Virus record (IMG/VR): IMGVR_UViG_3300027782_000040 | DNA: 64,000 bases | Reading direction: 5' to 3' (one strand) | DNA from: a virus | Shown: positions 37,001 through 46,179 of the stretch, piece after piece | Position numbering within the stretch: position 1 is the stretch's first letter | Layout of the letters: every line of letters begins with the position of its first letter | Position numbers and translations under genes: made by a program | The notes under the pieces: model-generated | Databases searched by the model: none | Told to the model about the DNA's origin: nothing | The model's input: only the letters and a program-made list of their open reading frames with translations

Positions 37001-39791
37001 TAATCCTTTTTATGACTATACTTTAGGAAATACATCATTTTCGGCGATAACCGCCGATGGAACGTATGTTAGTAGAAATAGACTGGTAAATGAAATAAAT
37101 TATCGGACGACTTATATTGACAACTCTAAAATTTATTCAGGTAGTACGTATTATACGTTATTACCATGTGACGGAGCAAACGCAAAAACTAATTTAAATA
37201 CATATGATGATTATTTAAAAGGAGAACAATCCAATTTTAGAGTGATTTGGTCAGATGAACAAATTACAGATGTTTTCTCAGGTAAAACATTTAATACACC
37301 TAAACAATATGTGAGAAGTTCATCGAATAATAATTATTCAATTAGTAATAACAATAAAAAAGTTATAGATTTAATTGCAACATTTAGTCCTGATATTTTA
37401 AGTACATTTGAATCATTTTTTATTGAGTTTGCTTCAGAAAGATTAAATGTGGAGGTAGAAAGAAAAATATTACCTAATTATACCGAACCCGCACCGTCAG
37501 AAAATAGACATTATATAAGATATGATAATTTTCAAAATCTTTTAAAATCTATTGTTACAGTTGATAAAACTAAAATAGACTCAACTGATTTATATACCTC
37601 AATTCAAAAAGAACAAGAGAATAATCTAAAAACAATTACAGAAAATATATTAAATTCAGATAATTTAATTAAGATTACATTAGGGAACCCTAAAGAAATT
37701 AATCCACATGTTTGGGACGGATTTACAAAATTTTCAATCGGTAATACTTTTACATATGATGAATATAATGAATTACAATATGCCGATAATTTAAAATATA
37801 TTACATTATATATAGGAGAGGTCCCACTGAATAGTGATAATTATTATAAACAATTTTTTACGGTAAATAATATAGAATTATCTGAAGAAAATATTTTACA
37901 ATTTAGACCTTTAGTATTGATATTTGCTGGATGGTTAAAAAGTAAAGGTTTATCATACACCCCATCAAAGAGTGATTTCCAATCATATATTGCGACAAAT
38001 GTTCTCTCAACGGCAGAAGATAGATTAGTAAAATATTTGACACAAATTTTAAGGAAAATAAATTCTAATGAATTCATATCCGACATATCGTCTAATAATA
38101 AAATAACCCCAACAAGTGGGTATAATGACGCTTTATTAAAAGTTGAATTGTATAACCATTTTAAGTCATTTAACGATAAATGGGTAGCAGGAAATTCAAT
38201 CGGACAACGAGGACTATTAGAAGAATTTTTATTTTTAGATAAGGCAAATAAAGATATTGGAAGTTTAGCATATCTTAGTTTAGATAAGTTAATAGCTTTA
38301 GAAGACCCAAAAAATGATAACGCAGACTTATATAGTGTTATTAGTATGTTACTATCAGGTACGGGATTTGATATGAGAGCTTTACCGGCATATGTTAATT
38401 TTTATGGAACTAACTTTACAAATAAATCTAAAGTAACTTCATCAAAACAAGTTGCTAAAAATATATTTGGAACATTTTTAGAAGTAGACTATCAGGAATC
38501 TTCACCAAAAATAGTTGTTCAATATACGGGACCAACATCTAAACATTTAGAGTTATCCGATATTAGTAAAGATTATAAATTTAAAAATGATAGTGGTAAT
38601 TTATTTAATGGACAAGGTGGACCTTTAACTATAACAATACCCGATGTATTTGCCACAGGAGACTTAGCTAAATCAAATAAAGTGGTTGCTTTTGAAGTTA
38701 GCGTCGGAGATCAAAATCAAGGAATATTCAAAGGAGTTAGACTTGACCAAACTTCAATTAGAAATACAAGTGAATCATTTTCAGTTATTGAAAATATGGG
38801 ACGTTCTGAAAGTGGAGCGGGAACATATAACGTAGATATTGGTTTATTTGACATCTATAGACAAGCATCATATAGTTGCGAAGTTTCGTGTATGGGAAAT
38901 GTTATGATTCAACCGACAATGTTCTTTTATTTAAAAAACATACCAATGTTCAGAGGTTCATATTGGATAACGGAAGTTTCACATAACATCCAAGGAAATA
39001 AAATTAATACAACATTTAAAGGGTCTAGAATTCCGTACGCGTCATTACCTGATCCTAAGGATTCCTTCTTCTCAAGTTATAGAGTTTATTTTGATAAAAT
39101 AACAAATGATGCGGTGGCTAAAGTAAAACAAGCGTCAGAATTGGGAACAACAAACGAAATACCTTACGAAGGGTTTGATGGACGTTCATCAACAATTGAC
39201 ATGGGACCAAAAGAGAAACATAAAGATGTAAAACCCGTAGGAGATATTGGAGTTACTAATTATGGAATACCATATAATGGTTACGAAGGTGAAAAGTATA
39301 TACAACTTGTAAGTAAACCAGGTATAGAAGGAAAATGGTTAAGAGCAAGAGCAATAGAGATGGGTGGTAGTAAAAATGATTTATCAGACGATACACAGAT
39401 GCAATTATTAATAGATGCGGATAAATGGGGAGATAAAGATGGTAATTTTTTAACAATAGATAAATCTGTATTAACGTGGAAATTAGTTAAAGGAGCTTCA
39501 AGTAAAAGATATTTTTACGCAACCAAATTTTTACACAAAACAGTCGCAAACGAAAACCATATAATATCAACAAAAACAGTATTTAAAAACCCTAATAGTG
39601 GAAAAACGGTAACCGTACCCCCAATTGGTCAATCACCAATGACACTTAATAATTTAACTGGACCAATTAGTGTTGGTCCGGCAGAAGATGGTTATGGTAT
39701 TACATTATCTAAAAAATTAATGATTGATTTAGGGTTAAAAGACGGAGACGAGATATTTTTTAGAGACGATTACGACGTTATATACAAATAA
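34026..39791 (+). CDS. Very large baseplate hub-like structural protein, 1921 aa
   Basis: Position after the LysM wedge gene; FGIDSINI...ITINFIDVRG at the N-terminus; C-terminal MGNVMIQP..FFYL...F.GSYWITEVSHNI hub-type motif. Confidence 0.6.
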   Translation: MANNNLNGSENILVKVDENNLIYIDPNSIVNGDTVEPRGVSPENYVMYVNLEADLVPRSILTAPGDQKLSGKLQSIAKGTLNFLKNQNGQDYDTSWTEAFSQVKQDKDSEGKEFNYQNDSSGQSFGIDSINISIKGANFIPQITINFIDVRGKTLFESPQNSPYKAFFHLPWPIFYLTIKGYYGKAIRYRLHMTKFTSKYNESNGNFDITTTFVGSTYAYLNDIPLTGILNAPYMFYIESDSRLTFNPQTGTYEKRIKKSSKGYSTLKTVYDEYKTKGLIPKDFPVKTLREVITIAKSLDKILERTIFDKVVDFKLFNGVKEFEKIIIEFETSINNWSDTNLTNQIITFTDNPKVDYFIQKGNEKERGSLIKITGATTNESGSLKMLIANYKKALNDTKISSSDLIKDKEIDANFKNVKIDIREIDQYYKQSVSQYVVAKELIIDDIKKIQTSFVQERDKLQKSVEEKMNTIIKNKTTGIGFDPTIRNIFAIILANADVYIRLLKDVHKSAFDASEKRKKYFAGLIDEAPGGNDYQIYPWPEVKKLTGTDKRKVIAYPGDSDLLKKLKSDDKNLWPEVDFVENFVGVSTKRIDTLAEKEGGVGNVNFIFESNDKNDKYLPTSNLLSLSVGSPYSNKSPANIFYEIYERAKMTTLLDKFGDNNTLHELANIEFDNIKYSFNEDYDLVNLIKGLSTVDILKNNLSLYSPVERYPYYKDQLPTVSYIKDLLENSFEIKQSYGDEFKTDKSSSFGRLSAVLENYKVEDYRKNIYPFNSTEYLTYLNKTSFESSLEFTKLFQINTKSGFIRTPIEPKSWVKSDYTTNLFSQKLEIGDSKINILNTPYFHKQLFNDNFTKSAGKYVGSAYLLLNSLPFKDLEDTLTFSVPSSSVNMASMFKEVGSTHYVPYHLMLKWGSIYHRYKKYIIDGIDILTGFTTSNVSTTTTSINGSLFFSGSTYTGTTYNTFTISGTNINYSTEIGIHPYYENIFHEVINDNPFYDYTLGNTSFSAITADGTYVSRNRLVNEINYRTTYIDNSKIYSGSTYYTLLPCDGANAKTNLNTYDDYLKGEQSNFRVIWSDEQITDVFSGKTFNTPKQYVRSSSNNNYSISNNNKKVIDLIATFSPDILSTFESFFIEFASERLNVEVERKILPNYTEPAPSENRHYIRYDNFQNLLKSIVTVDKTKIDSTDLYTSIQKEQENNLKTITENILNSDNLIKITLGNPKEINPHVWDGFTKFSIGNTFTYDEYNELQYADNLKYITLYIGEVPLNSDNYYKQFFTVNNIELSEENILQFRPLVLIFAGWLKSKGLSYTPSKSDFQSYIATNVLSTAEDRLVKYLTQILRKINSNEFISDISSNNKITPTSGYNDALLKVELYNHFKSFNDKWVAGNSIGQRGLLEEFLFLDKANKDIGSLAYLSLDKLIALEDPKNDNADLYSVISMLLSGTGFDMRALPAYVNFYGTNFTNKSKVTSSKQVAKNIFGTFLEVDYQESSPKIVVQYTGPTSKHLELSDISKDYKFKNDSGNLFNGQGGPLTITIPDVFATGDLAKSNKVVAFEVSVGDQNQGIFKGVRLDQTSIRNTSESFSVIENMGRSESGAGTYNVDIGLFDIYRQASYSCEVSCMGNVMIQPTMFFYLKNIPMFRGSYWITEVSHNIQGNKINTTFKGSRIPYASLPDPKDSFFSSYRVYFDKITNDAVAKVKQASELGTTNEIPYEGFDGRSSTIDMGPKEKHKDVKPVGDIGVTNYGIPYNGYEGEKYIQLVSKPGIEGKWLRARAIEMGGSKNDLSDDTQMQLLIDADKWGDKDGNFLTIDKSVLTWKLVKGASSKRYFYATKFLHKTVANENHIISTKTVFKNPNSGKTVTVPPIGQSPMTLNNLTGPISVGPAEDGYGITLSKKLMIDLGLKDGDEIFFRDDYDVIYK

Positions 39792-39839
39792 TTGAATAAT
39801 AACAATATTTAGGATATTTATATTAATAAAAGAAATATT

Positions 39840-40043
39840 ATGGAAAATAATAAATTAAATAACACAGTAAATCAATTCTTAAACCCTAAACAGGTTAAAA
39901 GTATGTCCCAAGACGGAATGGAAAGAGAAGAATGTGATTTGATGACTGGTGAATGTTATACAATCAGAGAAAAAGACGGAATAGTAGAAAGAATAAATAA
40001 AAAATACGTTACAAACGACGGTAGACAATTATTACAAGATTAA
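39840..40043 (+). CDS. Hypothetical protein, 67 aa (ECDLMTGEC)
   Basis: ORF with TATTTATA upstream. Confidence 0.7.
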   Translation: MENNKLNNTVNQFLNPKQVKSMSQDGMEREECDLMTGECYTIREKDGIVERINKKYVTNDGRQLLQD

Positions 40044-40047
40044 AGCC

Positions 40048-40689
40048 ATGTTAGAGAAAAAATTACAAGAAGAATTAAATCGTTATAATGCCATTAATAA
40101 ATATGGTAAAACGATGATAATCGAGCAAGATGCACCTACAGATCCGGCTCCTGAATTACCACCAGCAGGTCCTACAGATCCAGCGGCGGCACCTACAGAT
40201 GATGCAACAGTACCTATGGACGCTGCAGCACCATTAGATGCGGCTGCACCTGCACCTGAAATGGACAGTACAGAAGAAATTGATATCACAGATTTAGTTG
40301 GCATGACTAAAAGTATAAAGAGAGATTTAGAGAATAAACAACAAGACCACGGTACTATTGTTAGTAAAATGGATGACGTATTTACTAAATTAGGTGACTT
40401 AGAACAAAAACTTGCTCAAATGGATCAAGTGATGGCTAAAATTGACCAATTAGGTGTTGAGGTTCAACAAATGAAACCTGAAACTCCTGTTGAGAAATTA
40501 GAAATGCGTTCATTAGATTCGTACCCATTTAATGAAAAACCGTCTGAATTTTTTGACCACAAACAAGGTGAAATGAGAGCTAGTGGAAAAAATGAATACA
40601 TTTTAACTAAAGATGATGTTGAAAATTATAACCCAACAATAAAGGCATCGTTTAACCCAGAAGAAGAGAAAGATGAATATAGCTACTAA
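40048..40689 (+). CDS. Acidic coiled-coil protein, possible scaffold/internal head protein
   Basis: LQEELNRY N-terminus, P/A/D-rich linker, heptad region. Confidence 0.65.
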   Translation: MLEKKLQEELNRYNAINKYGKTMIIEQDAPTDPAPELPPAGPTDPAAAPTDDATVPMDAAAPLDAAAPAPEMDSTEEIDITDLVGMTKSIKRDLENKQQDHGTIVSKMDDVFTKLGDLEQKLAQMDQVMAKIDQLGVEVQQMKPETPVEKLEMRSLDSYPFNEKPSEFFDHKQGEMRASGKNEYILTKDDVENYNPTIKASFNPEEEKDEYSY

Positions 40690-41044
40690 AGTAAAGTTCC
40701 TTTTGGAGGTTCAAGTACAATTCAGGATTAATCATTGGCAAACTAAAGAGTTCTCAAGACATAATGCATTTGGTGGAATATATGATGCATTAGGAGATTT
40801 AATTGACAGGTTTGTTGAAGAGTCAATGGGAAAATATGGTAGATTCGTTTTAGATGATGAAAGTAAAACAATCAATTTACAGAACTTAGCGGAACTCGAC
40901 CTTAAAGGAATGTTAAAAACAACTAAAGACGCTTTAATTCAATTTACAGAAGAATTTGAATCTACAGATACTAATCTTATGAACATAAGAGATGAAATCT
41001 TAGGTGAAGTAAATAAACTACAATATCTATTAACATTAGAATAA
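40673..41044 (+). CDS. Ferritin/Dps-like protein (DUF5856-like)
   Basis: HWQT...RHNAFGGIYD.L..LIDRFVE; C-terminal NIRDEILGEVNKLQYLLTL. Confidence 0.75.
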   Translation: MNIATKVKFLLEVQVQFRINHWQTKEFSRHNAFGGIYDALGDLIDRFVEESMGKYGRFVLDDESKTINLQNLAELDLKGMLKTTKDALIQFTEEFESTDTNLMNIRDEILGEVNKLQYLLTLE

Positions 41045-41064
41045 AAATTAAAAAATATTAAAAA

Positions 41065-41292
41065 ATGCAATCAGGATCAGCAGCTAGAACAGCGTCAAAT
41101 ACATCAACAGGGTCGTTAGCTTATATTGATGGTTTAATATCAGGGGCAACATCTCAAGGACTATATCAAATTACCTTAGACCCAAGATACGTGAATGACG
41201 CGATAGTAACCACATTAACAAATTATGGTTATAAAATTCAGACTAAGAACAATTTTATGGGTACCAATAACGATTATGTGATTAGTTGGTAA
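41065..41292 (+). CDS. Hypothetical protein, 75 aa
   Basis: In-operon ORF followed by a terminator. Confidence 0.65.
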   Translation: MQSGSAARTASNTSTGSLAYIDGLISGATSQGLYQITLDPRYVNDAIVTTLTNYGYKIQTKNNFMGTNNDYVISW

Positions 41293-41317
41293 CAAAAAAA
41301 TACTTTAAAAATAATTC

Positions 41318-41346
41318 AACCCAGATTTCACAGTCTGGGTTTTTTT
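41318..41346 (+). terminator. Rho-independent terminator
   Basis: AACCCAGAT-N6-GTCTGGGTT followed by a T-run. Confidence 0.8.
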
Positions 41347-41393
41347 ATGTATATTATATCATAAATGATTATTAAAATTTAAATCAAAATCAC

Positions 41394-42236
41394 ATGTCTA
41401 CATTTGACGCAGTACTTGCACAGTACGAGAAAAACAAAAACGCCACAAGTGGCAACAGCAACAAAATGTCCTCAGAGGACAGAATGAAACGTTATTTCAC
41501 AACCGTATTACCTAAGGGTTCTAAGGGTGAAGAAAGACGTATTCGTATTTTACCTACAAAAGACGGTTCTTCTCCGTTTGTAGAGGTTTACTTCCACGAA
41601 ATTCAAGTGGATGGAAAATGGGTTAAATTATATGACCCAAAACAAGAAGGAAAACGTTCACCATTAAATGAGGTTAATGAAGCTTTAATGGGTACAGGTG
41701 TTGAGGCTGATAGAGAAGCTGCACGTCAATATCGTTCTCGTAAATTCTATATCGTTAAAGTTATAGATAGAGACCACGAATCAGACGGAGTTAAATTTTG
41801 GAGATTTAAACACAACCATAAAGGTGATGGTGTTATCGACAAAGTATTCCCAATCTTCCGTAATAAGGGCGATGTTACCAATGCGGAAACAGGTCGTGAT
41901 TTAATCTTGTCTTTAACCTTAACAAAGGCGGGTACAGGAAAAGAATACACTGTTATTAATTCAGTATTAAATGATGACCCAAGTCCATTACATACTGACG
42001 CTGACGTTGCAAAAACGTGGTTAGAAGATGAATTAACTTGGTCTGATGTTTACTCTAAAAAGGGTGAAGATTATTTGGAAATGGTTGCAAGAGGTGAGGT
42101 TCCACGTTGGGACACAGCAAGTAGCAAATGGGTTTCTAATTTGACAACAGAAGAAACTATCGGAGCACCGAAATCTTCTACACCTGTGGTTGACCCACAA
42201 GATGATGCGGATGTAGATTCAGATCTTCCGTTCTAA
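41394..42236 (+). CDS. Single-stranded DNA-binding protein (T4 gp32-like)
   Basis: RIRILP, PF.EVYFH, VIDRD....GVKFWRF, GRDL.L; acidic tail DDADVDSDLPF. Confidence 0.85.
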   Translation: MSTFDAVLAQYEKNKNATSGNSNKMSSEDRMKRYFTTVLPKGSKGEERRIRILPTKDGSSPFVEVYFHEIQVDGKWVKLYDPKQEGKRSPLNEVNEALMGTGVEADREAARQYRSRKFYIVKVIDRDHESDGVKFWRFKHNHKGDGVIDKVFPIFRNKGDVTNAETGRDLILSLTLTKAGTGKEYTVINSVLNDDPSPLHTDADVAKTWLEDELTWSDVYSKKGEDYLEMVARGEVPRWDTASSKWVSNLTTEETIGAPKSSTPVVDPQDDADVDSDLPF

Positions 42237-42246
42237 TTATTTAACG

Positions 42247-42272
42247 GGGTGGTGAAATATCCACCCTATTTT
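42247..42272 (+). terminator. Hairpin/partial terminator between ssb and recA
   Basis: GGGTGG-N8-CCACCC followed by TATTTT. Confidence 0.55.
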
Positions 42273-42285
42273 TAAAAACAAAAAC

Positions 42286-43266
42286 ATGGCAGGTATTAAA
42301 AAAACAGATTTTTCGGCAATCAAAAAGAAATTCTCAAAAGAGGCAGAATATAAACCAGACCGTTTCTTCGATTTGGGTGATGCTTTCTTGGATGCTTGTG
42401 GTATTCCAGGTCCTGCAATGGGACACATCAATATGTTATTAGGACATAGTGATACGGGTAAAACTACGGCATTAGTAAAGGCGGCTGTGGATGCACAAAA
42501 GAAAGGAGTTGTTCCTGTATTTGTCATCACAGAACAAAAATGGAGTTGGGACCACGCCGAATTGATGGGGTTTAATAAAGACGGAGACTACCTTTTTAAT
42601 AGTGATTTTGAGTATATTGAACAAATTACAGAATATATAAATGAACTATTAGATGCACAAGAAAAAGGAGATTTACCTCACGATTTATTAATTCTTTGGG
42701 ATTCGGTTGGTTCAGTTCCATGTAAGATGACTTATGATGGTAAAGGTGGTAAACAACACAATGCGTCAGTATTAGCTGACAAAATTGGAATGGGTATCAA
42801 TCAACGTATCTCAGGTTCAAGAAGGACAGATAAACCTTATACAAACACATTAATCATTGTTAACCAACCTTGGGTAGAATTACCTGATAATCCTTTTGGA
42901 CAACCAAAGATTAAAGCAAAAGGTGGTGAAGCGATTTGGTTAAACTCAAGTATTGTATTCTTATTTGGTAATCAAAAAGGTGCGGGTACAACTAAAATCT
43001 CCATCACTAAAGATAAGAGAAAAGTTAAAATAGCAACAAGAACAAAAATCTCAATTATGAAAAACCACATCAATGGTTTAGGATATGAGGATGGACGTAT
43101 CTTGGTTACATCACACGGATTTATGCCAGGTAGAGAAGATGTTGAAGAGAAGAAATCTATCGAGGAATATAAAAAAGAAAGTGGTGATTACATCAGTAAG
43201 ATGTTAGGTGTTAATGTTACAGACATCGTAGATGTAGAAGTTGTAACAGAAGAAAGTGATCTATAA
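42286..43266 (+). CDS. uvsX: RecA/UvsX-like recombinase
   Basis: GHSDTGKTT, WDSVGS, IIVNQ, KGGEA, KNHING. Confidence 0.88.
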   Translation: MAGIKKTDFSAIKKKFSKEAEYKPDRFFDLGDAFLDACGIPGPAMGHINMLLGHSDTGKTTALVKAAVDAQKKGVVPVFVITEQKWSWDHAELMGFNKDGDYLFNSDFEYIEQITEYINELLDAQEKGDLPHDLLILWDSVGSVPCKMTYDGKGGKQHNASVLADKIGMGINQRISGSRRTDKPYTNTLIIVNQPWVELPDNPFGQPKIKAKGGEAIWLNSSIVFLFGNQKGAGTTKISITKDKRKVKIATRTKISIMKNHINGLGYEDGRILVTSHGFMPGREDVEEKKSIEEYKKESGDYISKMLGVNVTDIVDVEVVTEESDL

Positions 43267-43276
43267 ATTATTTTAA

Positions 43277-44281
43277 ATGTCGGTTTTACTTGTTGATGGA
43301 GACAATCTACTCACAATTGGTTTCTACGGTGTCAAAAATGCTTTTCATAAAGGACAACATGTTGGGGGAATATATCATTTCCTTAATACTCTTAGGAGAG
43401 CGTTTGAGTACTACCATTTAGATAAGATTGTAGTATTTTGGGACGGTCATGAAGGTTCACAAAACCGAAAGAAAATATACATTCATTACAAGGAAAACCG
43501 ACGTTCAAGATTAAGGTCGGAAGAAGAATTACAATCTTATCTCTCTCAAAGAGATAGAGTTAAACAATATCTTGAGGAATTATATGTAAGACAGGGTGAA
43601 TATGAATTTTGTGAGACAGACGATAACATTGCTTATTACACACAAAACTCACCAAATGAAAATAAAATAATTTATTCTTCGGATGGAGACCTTACCCAAT
43701 TGGTTTCAGAAAACACACAAATTTACAATCCGTCTCACGGAAAGTTATACAAACAAAATGATACGATAGTTTATGACAAAGAAGACATCTTAATTGAAAA
43801 CGTTAGGTTGGTTAAGATGATATGTGGTGATTCGTCAGACAACATTGCAGGAATTAAAGGAATGGGTGTTAAAAGATTTCTATCTTTTTTCCCTGAACTT
43901 AGAACCGAATCAATCTCCGTTCAACAAGTTAAAGAAAGGAGTGAACTTCTTTTTGAACAAGACAAACACAACAAATTAATTACAAATTTACTAACAGGTG
44001 TTACTAAACACGGAGTATTTGGGGAAGAGTTCTTTGACGTAAACAATCGTATCGTGAGTTTGGATGAACCTTTTTTAAGTGATGAGGCAAAAGAAAACAT
44101 TGACCTTCTAATAAATGAGTCATTAGACCAAGAAGGAAGATCTTATAAAAACGCGATGAAAATGATGATGGACGATGGACTGTTTAATATGTTACCAAAA
44201 TCAGATGACGCATGGACAAAATTTTTAAATCCATTCTTACGTTTAACAAGAAAAGAAAAAAATAAAAACAAAAACAATTAA
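43277..44281 (+). CDS. 5'-3' exonuclease / flap endonuclease (T4 RNase H / PolI N-terminal-like)
   Basis: LLVDGDNL, YKENR, ETDDNIA, SSDGDLTQL, GDSSDNIAGIKGMG. Confidence 0.92.
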   Translation: MSVLLVDGDNLLTIGFYGVKNAFHKGQHVGGIYHFLNTLRRAFEYYHLDKIVVFWDGHEGSQNRKKIYIHYKENRRSRLRSEEELQSYLSQRDRVKQYLEELYVRQGEYEFCETDDNIAYYTQNSPNENKIIYSSDGDLTQLVSENTQIYNPSHGKLYKQNDTIVYDKEDILIENVRLVKMICGDSSDNIAGIKGMGVKRFLSFFPELRTESISVQQVKERSELLFEQDKHNKLITNLLTGVTKHGVFGEEFFDVNNRIVSLDEPFLSDEAKENIDLLINESLDQEGRSYKNAMKMMMDDGLFNMLPKSDDAWTKFLNPFLRLTRKEKNKNKNN

Positions 44282-44292
44282 AGTAAAAACCA

Positions 44293-44751
44293 ATGAGTAG
44301 AGATTACCAAAACCAAGACAACATTACGAAATTTGAATTTCTTTTGTCTTTAGAAGGACACATTGTGTGTCAAAGATTTTTTAATGTGAGAGACCACGTT
44401 GACCAAGCAAGATGTTCAATGGACCTTCACTACTATATAAAAAATATTTGTGAAGATATTTCACACGATTTGAAAATAAAAAGTTCCAACTACCTATGTG
44501 AGAATCAAAACTATATCCTCAATATGGACTCTGTGGAAAGTGATGAAACCAAAGAAAAAGAACATTTTTTAATGGAAATTAAGTTGGGTGACGATGTATT
44601 TATTCAAAGGATATTCCCCGCATATTATTACCATCCAAAAGTAAGATATACGGTAGACATTCGTCCGAGATTGAAAACAATTTTGTCAGATTTAACTGAC
44701 ATTTTATCAACCGAAGAATTAGAGACGAAATATCTACAACACGAGCTATAA
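44293..44751 (+). CDS. Hypothetical protein, 152 aa
   Basis: In-operon ORF in the replication module. Confidence 0.7.
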   Translation: MSRDYQNQDNITKFEFLLSLEGHIVCQRFFNVRDHVDQARCSMDLHYYIKNICEDISHDLKIKSSNYLCENQNYILNMDSVESDETKEKEHFLMEIKLGDDVFIQRIFPAYYYHPKVRYTVDIRPRLKTILSDLTDILSTEELETKYLQHEL

Positions 44752-44776
44752 TTTAAAACATATATAAAAACAAAAC

Positions 44777-46162
44777 ATGGAAGAAAGGAATTTTGGGTAT
44801 TTGGGATTTTCGTTTCAACAATCCCTAATAAAAGCGATTATTGAAGATAAGAAATATGGTGAGACCATTATTGATGTATTAGAAAGTAAATTTTTTGATA
44901 ACAGTTCATTTAAATTTATAATGGAAAATACGAAGGAATTATATAAGGCATATAATAAAATTCCCGATTACAACACATTAGCGCAGAAAATTATGGCTGA
45001 AGGTGGTAACAAAGATTCTTCCAAAGTTCACGTAGATACATTAGAGGCGATTAAAAATAATGAATCACAAATTGAATATGTAAAAGATACTGCACTTAAT
45101 TTCTGTAAACAACAAAACCTGAAAAGAGAGTTAAAAAACGTACAGAGTATTATTGAAAGTGGTGAATTTGAAGCATATAATAAGATTGAAGAAATTATTC
45201 AAAAAGCATTACAAGTTGGTATTTCTAATGATGAAACAACTGATGTATTCCACGATATTGATGCGGCGTTAGAACAGGACTTTAGACACCCATTACCGAC
45301 AGGTATTGTTGGGATTGACAACTTACTTAAAGGTGGGTTGGGGATAGGAGAATTAGGGGTTGTATTAGCACCTACTGGTACTGGTAAAACTACTTTACTT
45401 ACCAAGTTTGCAAATACTGCGTATAACTTAGGATATAACGTCGTTCAAATATTTTTTGAAGACAATCCAGGTAATATCAAAAGAAAACATTATACTATTT
45501 GGTCAGAAATTGCACCAGACCAACAACCAGAATTTAAAGACATGGTTAAAGAAAAAGTTGAAGAGGCTCAAACAAGATCAAAAGGAAGTTTGAAATTATT
45601 GAAATTAGCGAGTGATAATGTAACTGTTTCTGAAATTAAAAATAAAATCAGAAAAATGAATTCAGATGGAATTAAAGTGGATTTATTAGTATTAGATTAT
45701 GTTGATTGTATTTCATCTGACAAATCAACAAATGGTGAAGAATGGAAAGGAGAAGGTTCGGTTATGAGAAGTTTAGAATCTATGACAGGTGAATTTGAAA
45801 TGGCAATATGGACGGCAACACAAGGTAACCGTGAATCTATTTCAAGTGAAGTTGTAACTGGTGACCAAATGGGAGGTTCAATTAAGAAAGCTCAAATTGC
45901 TCACGTTATATTATCTATTGGTAAAACATTAGAACAAAAGGAACATAATTTGGCAACACTTACATTATTGAAATCACGTATTGGTAAAGATGGTGTTGTA
46001 TTTCAAAATTGTAAATTTAATAATGAATTTTTAATTATTGATACGGAATCACAAAATACCTTATTAGGTCATGAACAAGATGAGGTACTAAAAAGAGCTA
46101 ATAGAGTTGCCGAAGTTTACAAAAAGGCACAAGAGAAGAAGACACAAATAATAAGTAAATAA
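44777..46162 (+). CDS. dnaB: Replicative DNA helicase (DnaB/gp41-like)
   Basis: LAPTGTGKT, LDYVD, WTATQGNR, LLKSRIG. Confidence 0.92.
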   Translation: MEERNFGYLGFSFQQSLIKAIIEDKKYGETIIDVLESKFFDNSSFKFIMENTKELYKAYNKIPDYNTLAQKIMAEGGNKDSSKVHVDTLEAIKNNESQIEYVKDTALNFCKQQNLKRELKNVQSIIESGEFEAYNKIEEIIQKALQVGISNDETTDVFHDIDAALEQDFRHPLPTGIVGIDNLLKGGLGIGELGVVLAPTGTGKTTLLTKFANTAYNLGYNVVQIFFEDNPGNIKRKHYTIWSEIAPDQQPEFKDMVKEKVEEAQTRSKGSLKLLKLASDNVTVSEIKNKIRKMNSDGIKVDLLVLDYVDCISSDKSTNGEEWKGEGSVMRSLESMTGEFEMAIWTATQGNRESISSEVVTGDQMGGSIKKAQIAHVILSIGKTLEQKEHNLATLTLLKSRIGKDGVVFQNCKFNNEFLIIDTESQNTLLGHEQDEVLKRANRVAEVYKKAQEKKTQIISK

Positions 46163-46179
46163 AAAAACAAAGTTTAGAA

